A DNA stretch of 33,234 nt from Gemmatimonadaceae bacterium (GTDB taxonomy: Bacteria > Gemmatimonadota > Gemmatimonadetes > Gemmatimonadales > Gemmatimonadaceae). The stretch spans positions 1 to 33,234 of the forward strand of contig JBDSBT010000305.1 in the NCBI GenBank assembly GCA_039921425.1. Direction: 5' to 3'. This document shows positions 27,612 to 33,234 of the stretch, piece after piece. Below the pieces are notes generated by a model that did no database searches, was not told the origin of the DNA, and saw only the letters and a program-made list of their open reading frames with translations. How positions within the stretch are numbered: position 1 is the first letter of the stretch; each line of letters opens with the position of its first letter. Position numbers and translations under genes: made by a program.

Positions 27612-27652
27612 AATATAAAACGCCCCTGCGACGAGTTTTCGGCGCAGGGGCG
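27612..27652 (-). terminator. Intrinsic terminator of the cold-shock gene
   Basis: Minus strand: CGCCCCTGCG-N12-CGCAGGGGCG followed by TTTTATATT. Confidence 0.8.
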
Positions 27653-27678
27653 GAATGCTTCAATGCTGGATTCAGATG

Positions 27679-27894
27679 TCAGGCCGGCGCGGGCGCCATA
27701 GCGTGCACATTGGCGGCATGCAGCCCCTTGTTACCCGCCTCGATGTCGAACTCTACCTGCTGACCTTCTGCAAGCGTTTTGAACCCATCCATCGAGATCG
27801 CTGAAAAGTGGACAAACACATCCTCCCCGCCGTCCTGCTCAATGAAGCCGTACCCCTTGGCGTCATTGAACCACTTCACCTTTCCTCTGGCCAT
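27679..27894 (-). CDS. Cold-shock protein (CspA family)
   Basis: GKVKWFN, KGYGFI (RNP1), VFVHF (RNP2); GGAGG RBS upstream of ATG 27894. Confidence 0.97.
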   Translation of the reverse strand: MARGKVKWFNDAKGYGFIEQDGGEDVFVHFSAISMDGFKTLAEGQQVEFDIEAGNKGLHAANVHAMAPAPA

Positions 27895-27931
27895 TGGAGC
27901 TGCCTCCGACATAGTTGATCAACTGCGCGCT

Positions 27932-27960
27932 TATATAGAATCGACCCCCAATTTTGTCAA
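27932..27960 (-). promoter_or_regulatory. Sigma70-type promoter of the csp gene
   Basis: TTGACA-N17-TATATA on the minus strand. Confidence 0.6.
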
Positions 27961-27992
27961 GTCGATAATAATTAGGCCGAACATGTCAGAGC

Positions 27993-29399
27993 TTAGTGAA
28001 GCAGAAGACGTGCGTTTACATTGGAAAAATCCGTCTCGCTGATAGGAGTCAAGCGCCATCTACCAATGCCGTTATCATCATAAAAAACAAGCCGAAGCCG
28101 ATACTGCTGATAGTCCCAATACTGAAGCTTGCCGCGCTGCGACACTGACATTGCTGTCACCGAACCATTGATATTCTGCTCATACAGCTGATCAGGCTCG
28201 CCAAGGACGACGTAAACCTTTGCTCGATCGGACAGGAAACCTGATCGGCCGCCAGCATCCTCTCTAAAACGGATCACGGCCTGCTGAAGACGGGCAAAAT
28301 AGGTCTGCAACCCTTCATGCTCGGGCGTTGCCGGAGCTGGATCGCTCGACCTTAAAAAGGCGGCCCAGGCAACTCCTCGTTGATCGACCGGAGTTTCTCG
28401 CAACGCTTTCAGCCGCTCCGGGGAAACGTAGTAGCGAAGCTGATTAAGAAGCTCTTCGTACGAGAGAAGGGGGATATCATTTCCGAAACTCACGAACACC
28501 GGAGTTCTTACCGTGTCCGTCGCATCAGCTCGCGTGAAAGTCACGTTCGCCACTCCGATACCCACACGCGAGATCGGAATCTTCACGGTCCTACTAAGCA
28601 ATACTCCTTTACGCTCGAGAACCGTAGTATCCCGCCATGTGACTGCACCGCGATCATTTTGAACTACAAACGACACGGGTAAACGCGACTGCTGGCCATA
28701 TGCCTCTATGTAGACCGACACTGTGCTGTCCCGACCAAAAACGGCACTGGAACGCGGGCTGGCTAGAATCTTCGGAACAGAATCAAGGACCGACCGCTGG
28801 GTTGCCTCATACACGATCACGGGGGTTGACAGACGACCTGCTTTCATGCCCGGGACGGAGATAGCTCCTTCCTGCGTCGCGCTTCGATTGCTGGCAGCAT
28901 CCCTTACCAGAAACGAAATCGTGTAATCACCGGGTGGCACCCGAAAATAGTTCTGGAAAATGACACTTTCATCAGTTCGGTTAACCTCCTTGAAGGTCGC
29001 AACCCGGACTATTTCCAGCACATCCACCGTCTTGATCTCCGTTGTACCCTGACTCAGCTTGAGTCGAACTTCGTACGGAGCCCGATAAGTATCTCCATCC
29101 CGCACGAAGCTCAAAACGCGGTTCGGAATCGATACACTCGCCAGGACAAGTGTTGTGTCGGGACTGCCGCTGGCGAAGTATGCAATCTTCCCGACATACG
29201 CCAATGGAGAGCCGGTCGCAATCAAGCCCATTTGATTGTACACCGAGCTGGGATCTCGCCCTGGCTCCACGGAGCCTATAACTGGGACGGCAAGTCCACC
29301 TGAGACCGCAGGTCTGGACTGAGAAGTACGACAACCCACCAGAACGACTGATCCAAGACACAAGTGACCAACAGAACGACTGAGTCTAAAGGCTCGCAT
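27993..29399 (-). CDS. GWxTD domain-containing lipoprotein (variant motif GFLSD)
   Basis: Lipobox VLVG-C, beta-sandwich-like N-terminal region (PPGDYTISFLVRD), C-terminal DPAPATPEHE...YFARL...GFLSDRAKVYVVLGEPD...WDY. Confidence 0.85.
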   Translation of the reverse strand: MRAFRLSRSVGHLCLGSVVLVGCRTSQSRPAVSGGLAVPVIGSVEPGRDPSSVYNQMGLIATGSPLAYVGKIAYFASGSPDTTLVLASVSIPNRVLSFVRDGDTYRAPYEVRLKLSQGTTEIKTVDVLEIVRVATFKEVNRTDESVIFQNYFRVPPGDYTISFLVRDAASNRSATQEGAISVPGMKAGRLSTPVIVYEATQRSVLDSVPKILASPRSSAVFGRDSTVSVYIEAYGQQSRLPVSFVVQNDRGAVTWRDTTVLERKGVLLSRTVKIPISRVGIGVANVTFTRADATDTVRTPVFVSFGNDIPLLSYEELLNQLRYYVSPERLKALRETPVDQRGVAWAAFLRSSDPAPATPEHEGLQTYFARLQQAVIRFREDAGGRSGFLSDRAKVYVVLGEPDQLYEQNINGSVTAMSVSQRGKLQYWDYQQYRLRLVFYDDNGIGRWRLTPISETDFSNVNARLLLH

Positions 29400-29449
29400 T
29401 ATTGTTTGTTACCCTATCCACGTAAATCGGTTTCTATTACCTTCGCCGC

Positions 29450-30385
29450 GTGTCTCATCAGAGTTTGATCGGCTCAAAGATAGCCGGATACACCCTGCAG
29501 AGTGAGGTCGGCGAAGGCGGTACTTCGGCCGTCTACAAAGCCGTTCATTCCAGTAACGGCACTGTAGCCCTGAAAGTTCTTCGCGAAAAGCTGCGTCATG
29601 ACCGTACCGCTGTCGCGCGTTTTGTGCGCGAGGCGCAATATGGTACCAGGGTCCTGCACCCCAACGTGGTACGGACAATCGAGATCGGGGAGTCGGATAC
29701 CGGAATACACTTCCTGGCCATTGAGTGGGCTGGCGGAGAGTTGTTGGAAAAATACGCCAAACAACATGCACCGCTCCCCCCGGAAGAAACAGCCGTCATC
29801 ATTTCCCAGATTGGCGCTGCAGTACAAGCCGCACACTCGGCAAAGATCGTACACCGCGATCTGAAACCAGAGAACGTCATGTACGATCCCGAAACGCGAC
29901 AGGTAAAACTGCTCGACTTCGGAATTGCGACAGACGTGCAGGCTTCAGCTGACGAACGTTTGACGCGAGCCGGATTTTTTGTCGGATCGCTGATGTATAT
30001 CGCACCGGAAGCGCTTTCGGGTGAGATCGTTACGCCAGCAGCAGACCAATACAGCCTCGCGACCATTGCGTACTACCTGCTAACTCGAGCCCTCCCGTAC
30101 ACGGCGAAAGCTCCAAGGGAAATGTTCACACAGCTCCTTACACTACCACCTGTCCCATTGAATGCCGCACGCGAACGTCTGAAGTTCAGCGCCGGAGTCG
30201 AGAAGGTGGTGATGAAAGCACTGTCGAAGGATCCGGTGAATCGCTACGCAGACGTTTTTTCCTTCGCTACTGCCTTTCAGCAAGCCGTTTCAGCCGGAGA
30301 CCAAAAGGCTGACGCTCCAGCCCTTCAACCGGACGATGCCGGCGTACTATCCCGAATGCGCGGAATCTTTCGCCGCAATCCCTGA
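29450..30385 (+). CDS. Hanks-type Ser/Thr protein kinase, catalytic domain only
   Basis: GEGGTSAVY, VALK, RFVREA, HRDLKPEN, DFG, YIAPE, ADQYSL; no TM or PASTA domain. Confidence 0.95.
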   Translation: MSHQSLIGSKIAGYTLQSEVGEGGTSAVYKAVHSSNGTVALKVLREKLRHDRTAVARFVREAQYGTRVLHPNVVRTIEIGESDTGIHFLAIEWAGGELLEKYAKQHAPLPPEETAVIISQIGAAVQAAHSAKIVHRDLKPENVMYDPETRQVKLLDFGIATDVQASADERLTRAGFFVGSLMYIAPEALSGEIVTPAADQYSLATIAYYLLTRALPYTAKAPREMFTQLLTLPPVPLNAARERLKFSAGVEKVVMKALSKDPVNRYADVFSFATAFQQAVSAGDQKADAPALQPDDAGVLSRMRGIFRRNP

Positions 30386-31282
30386 ATCCACGTGGTTCGA
30401 TGGGAGCCAGAGTGTAAAGGCCGAGCCCTTTCCTGGCTCGCTGGTCAGTAAGAGATCCCCACCCAATAAACGACTAAGTCGACGTGAGATAGCCAATCCG
30501 AGGCCGGTTCCACGGTTTACGGAATCTGCTCGCGGCCCAGCATCTACCTGTTCAAACTCCTCAAAGACCCGCTCCTGATCCATGAGCGAAATTCCAATTC
30601 CTGAATCAATCACTTGAATCGACAGCCAGTGGGCAGAATCACTGTCCCTTGCGGCCAGAACCAGCGGTAATCCCTGTCCTGTTGCGTCATGTTGAGACAC
30701 GAGTCGGGTTTTGACTACAATCGATCCAGCATCCGTGTACTTGATTGCATTTCCAAGCAGGTTTACGAGAATTTGACGGAGGTGGGTCGGATCGGTTCGA
30801 ATCCGCGGAAGCGCGCTGCCCATCACCAGCGAGAGGTTCAGATTCTTCTCGTTGACCAGGGATTCTACCTCGCTGGCAACATCGAGGATGAAGGGCCTCA
30901 CGTCGAGCGTCTCGGAATGTACGTCGAGTCTTCCAGCGGCCATTTTCGCAAGATCGAGAATTTGATCAACGAGATGCCGAAGATGGTTTGCCGAGGCTTC
31001 AATTCGCTCAACCGGTTTCACCTGACGAGGCCTCAGCTCTCCATACACGCCCTCTCGCAGCAAATCCACAAACCCAACAATTGCATTCAGAGGGGTTCTT
31101 AGCTCATGAGAAACGTTTGCGAGAAAGTCATTCTTCATCCGGTTGGTACGGAGAAGCTCGGACGAAAGTCGCTCGAGCTCTCTCGATCTTTCAACTAGCC
31201 GAGCGGCCTGGCGTCGCTCATGTTGAAGAACGAGAGCAAGCCCAATCACAACAGCGCCAACGATCAGGTAGACAAGCAGCAT
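30347..31282 (-). CDS. Histidine kinase: single N-terminal TM + coiled coil + HisKA + HATPase
   Basis: SHELRTPL (H box), NLLGNAIKY (N), DSGIG (G1), FEEF (F), GTGLGL (G2). Start ATG 31282 or GTG 31333. Confidence 0.93.
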   Translation of the reverse strand: MLLVYLIVGAVVIGLALVLQHERRQAARLVERSRELERLSSELLRTNRMKNDFLANVSHELRTPLNAIVGFVDLLREGVYGELRPRQVKPVERIEASANHLRHLVDQILDLAKMAAGRLDVHSETLDVRPFILDVASEVESLVNEKNLNLSLVMGSALPRIRTDPTHLRQILVNLLGNAIKYTDAGSIVVKTRLVSQHDATGQGLPLVLAARDSDSAHWLSIQVIDSGIGISLMDQERVFEEFEQVDAGPRADSVNRGTGLGLAISRRLSRLLGGDLLLTSEPGKGSAFTLWLPSNHVDSGIAAKDSAHSG

Positions 31283-31363
31283 TACTTCTGCGTCATTTTG
31301 CGTCCGGAGGACAAGGCTTTCCCGCGCATTCACCCATTACAGATGATCTGGCTACGAACATCG

Positions 31364-31909
31364 ATGACTGAAACACAACAGTTGCAACAGCTTCTCATTG
31401 AGAGGTCGGTTAGACGGGGGGGTTTTATTCTTGCGTCAGGCAAATCTTCCAGCATTTATGTGGATGCCAGGCTGACGACGATGAGCCCGGAAGGAATGAA
31501 TGTTATCGGGCCGTTGTCACTCCACGCCATGGAGGTTAGAGGCTGGGCTCCCGATTCAGTCGGAGGCCTGACCCTCGGCGCAGATCCCGTGGCTTTTGCC
31601 ATCGCCTTTTCATCTGCCGATGGTACACGGCCCTTACGTGCATTTACCGTCCGCAAAGAAGTGAAAGCTCACGGAACGGGAAACCTTATCGAAGGCCCGT
31701 TCCGGCCTGACGACAAGGTAGTAGTAATCGAGGACGTGATCACAAGCGGAAAATCAGCACTCCAGGCAATAGACGCAATATCTCGTGCAGGAGCTCAGGT
31801 CCTTGGAGTTCTTGCAGTCGTAAATCGCGACGAAGGGGGTGTCGAGGCCATCGCTGCCAAAGGTTTCGACACTTTGTGTCTTACGTCCATTCGCGATTTA
31901 GCGTCGTGA
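31364..31909 (+). CDS. pyrE: Orotate phosphoribosyltransferase
   Basis: FILASGKSSSIYVD, GGLTLGADP, VRKEVKAHG, VIEDVITSGKS (PRPP loop). Start MTETQ at 31364. Confidence 0.96.
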   Translation: MTETQQLQQLLIERSVRRGGFILASGKSSSIYVDARLTTMSPEGMNVIGPLSLHAMEVRGWAPDSVGGLTLGADPVAFAIAFSSADGTRPLRAFTVRKEVKAHGTGNLIEGPFRPDDKVVVIEDVITSGKSALQAIDAISRAGAQVLGVLAVVNRDEGGVEAIAAKGFDTLCLTSIRDLAS

Positions 31910-32800
31910 CTTTTTCTTCTGATAGTTTTTCTCCCGCGTTATCCAACCGGGAGCTGTGGCTGCCGGATAGAAGTCACGCAGGATCACCGCATAAGGTGTA
32001 ACCAGTTCTCTTCGAAAGTGCTGAAGCATTCCCGCACCATCGTAGCTTTGTCGAAAGACAACAGGTGATACTCCCATGATCGTTCTAACGTGCCTCCCAA
32101 AGCTCTGCGGTGATGAGTAATCGAGATAATTAGCGACACTTGCTACGGAGAGTCCCGGATTTTCAAACAGTTTCGCCGCTCTGATAAGCCGAGCAAGCGA
32201 GAGATATCGCTTTGGCGGTGGAAGCTTTGCTCTGAAAAAGCGGCTCATCAGCGTGCTTGGCAAAATGTTCAGATGCCTCGATAGTTGGCGGATTGTGTGG
32301 ATTTGCGGAGAGTGATTGAACAACAGCTCGAAGAAACGCCAGCAATCTGGCGATGCTCCCGCCAGATCAGAGCTGAGCTGGCCAAGGGCAATTCGTTGAA
32401 GATCACTCGATTTTTCGGCAGCGAGAATTTCACGAAGAGTCTGCCAACCGGAGGGCTGGCGTGCATCGATAAGAATTCGTACTCCAAGTTGACCAAGCGA
32501 GAGGAGGTTCTGTGGAGTTGAATGCTGTGTCTCTGTAAGGAGCGCCATGGCAGGAACTCGCGGAAATTCCCTGACCATGGCAGCCATCCTCGCACTGCTC
32601 TGAATTCCATACCGCGCAATGGAAATTAAGACTGCACCTGATTTTCGCGCGCGGAGGTCTGCAAGAATTTCATCAAGTGATTCTCGGTGAAGCGTCGAGT
32701 AGAGTCCTTCACCAGCCGCATCAACCCGTATGCGCTCCCCAGGTGTCAGAATGGTTGACATCGGCATTAACTTTGAATCTCCCTTCGGCTGACTCGACAT
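31898..32800 (-). CDS. AraC-family HTH regulator with N-terminal degenerate receiver-like domain
   Basis: C-terminal double HTH (TIRQLSRHLNILPSTLMSRF...SVASVANYLDYSSPQSFGRHVRTIMGVSP); GGAGAG RBS before ATG 32800. Confidence 0.88.
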   Translation of the reverse strand: MSSQPKGDSKLMPMSTILTPGERIRVDAAGEGLYSTLHRESLDEILADLRARKSGAVLISIARYGIQSSARMAAMVREFPRVPAMALLTETQHSTPQNLLSLGQLGVRILIDARQPSGWQTLREILAAEKSSDLQRIALGQLSSDLAGASPDCWRFFELLFNHSPQIHTIRQLSRHLNILPSTLMSRFFRAKLPPPKRYLSLARLIRAAKLFENPGLSVASVANYLDYSSPQSFGRHVRTIMGVSPVVFRQSYDGAGMLQHFRRELVTPYAVILRDFYPAATAPGWITREKNYQKKKSRR

Positions 32801-32933
32801 TGGCTCTCTCCGCAGGTGAATTGTGTTCATTGACAGCGGGAGTATAAACGCCCTGCGTCAGTCCAACGTCAGCGCCGGGGTTCACCAAGAGCTTGATTTC
32901 CCCATTCGGGCTGATCTTCAGCGTATATTCAGG

Positions 32934-33234
32934 AGAGCGTCAGTCGGACGGTCGCGTGTTTTTATCTTTCTGATACTAAATGCGAGGAAAGTCCGGGCTC
33001 CGTGGGAAGGCTGCCAGGTAACTCCTGGGAATGGTGAGAAATCACCATTACGGAAAGTGCAACAGAAAGCAAACCGCCTCGAAAGAGGTAAGGGTGAAAG
33101 GGTAGGGTAAAAGCCTACCGCGTTCGTGGTAACACGAATGGCATGGCAAACCCCAGCTGGAGCAAGGCCAAGCATGCGGCGAGAGAGCCCACCTCGATCA
33201 AGACGCCGCGGGTCGGCTGCTAGAGGACACGAGC
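32934..33234 (+). ncRNA. rnpB: RNase P RNA (type A-like), 3' end outside the window
   Basis: GAGGAAAGTCCGGGCTCC, GCCAGGTAAC, AGTGCAACAGAAAGCAAACCGCC, GTAAGGGTGAAAGG, GGTAAC, GGCAAACCCC...GGAGCAAGGCCAA. A -10 TATATT at 32924-32929 sets the approximate 5' end. Confidence 0.97.

Noticed and set aside
30384-30399. Second parS-like palindrome GAATCCACGTGGTTCG
   Set aside because: Only the CCACGTGG core matches; the TGTT/AACA flanks are absent; lies in coding sequence.
31220-31363. 48-aa N-terminal extension of PyrE
   Set aside because: Overlaps the divergent HK start; homology begins at MTETQ (31364).
31416-31422. G7 tract in pyrE
   Set aside because: In frame (R-G-G), short, housekeeping gene; no sign of phase variation.
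32823-33175. ORFs 32823-33110 (+) and 32918-33175 (-)
   Set aside because: Overlap the RNase P RNA gene; spurious.
1-33234. CRISPR array, IS/integrase, prophage, defence genes, tRNA/rRNA
   Set aside because: No regularly spaced repeats, terminal inverted repeats, transposase/integrase motifs or cloverleaf seen; all intergenic gaps are under about 135 bp.

Overview
Compact, moderately GC-rich bacterial chromosomal segment. It is probably Gemmatimonadota, inferred only from the gene repertoire (GWxTD protein, sensor-less kinases, gene order). The window is almost all core genome and looks origin-proximal. In order: a secreted M16B peptidase pair, murB, an ArsC/Spx-like gene + class V aminotransferase + ABC-F operon, two alpha/beta hydrolases with an orphan NfeD-like gene, mnmG, an EamA exporter, a KirBac K+ channel, SIMPL, parS-parA-parB followed by DnaA-box-like 9-mers, a BMP-type nucleoside ABC transporter with a Nif3/DUF34 gene inside it, an MFS + acyltransferase pair, polA, a cold-shock gene, a signalling cluster (GWxTD lipoprotein, Hanks Ser/Thr kinase, sensor-less histidine kinase, pyrE, pseudo-receiver/AraC regulator) and the 5' part of RNase P RNA. 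I saw no CRISPR array, mobile element, tRNA or rRNA. Best candidates for novelty: (i) the signalling cluster, whose AraC regulator appears to have Ser at the receiver phospho-Asp position, near a kinase-only Hanks kinase; (ii) a MurB with the catalytic YR motif changed to YD; (iii) Nif3 translationally coupled inside a nucleoside importer; (iv) a PolA with a clamp-motif-like insertion and ExoIII D->E; (v) recurrent leaderless-type TANNNT-N5/6-start promoters. All functional links are hypotheses from motif reading by eye, not search results.
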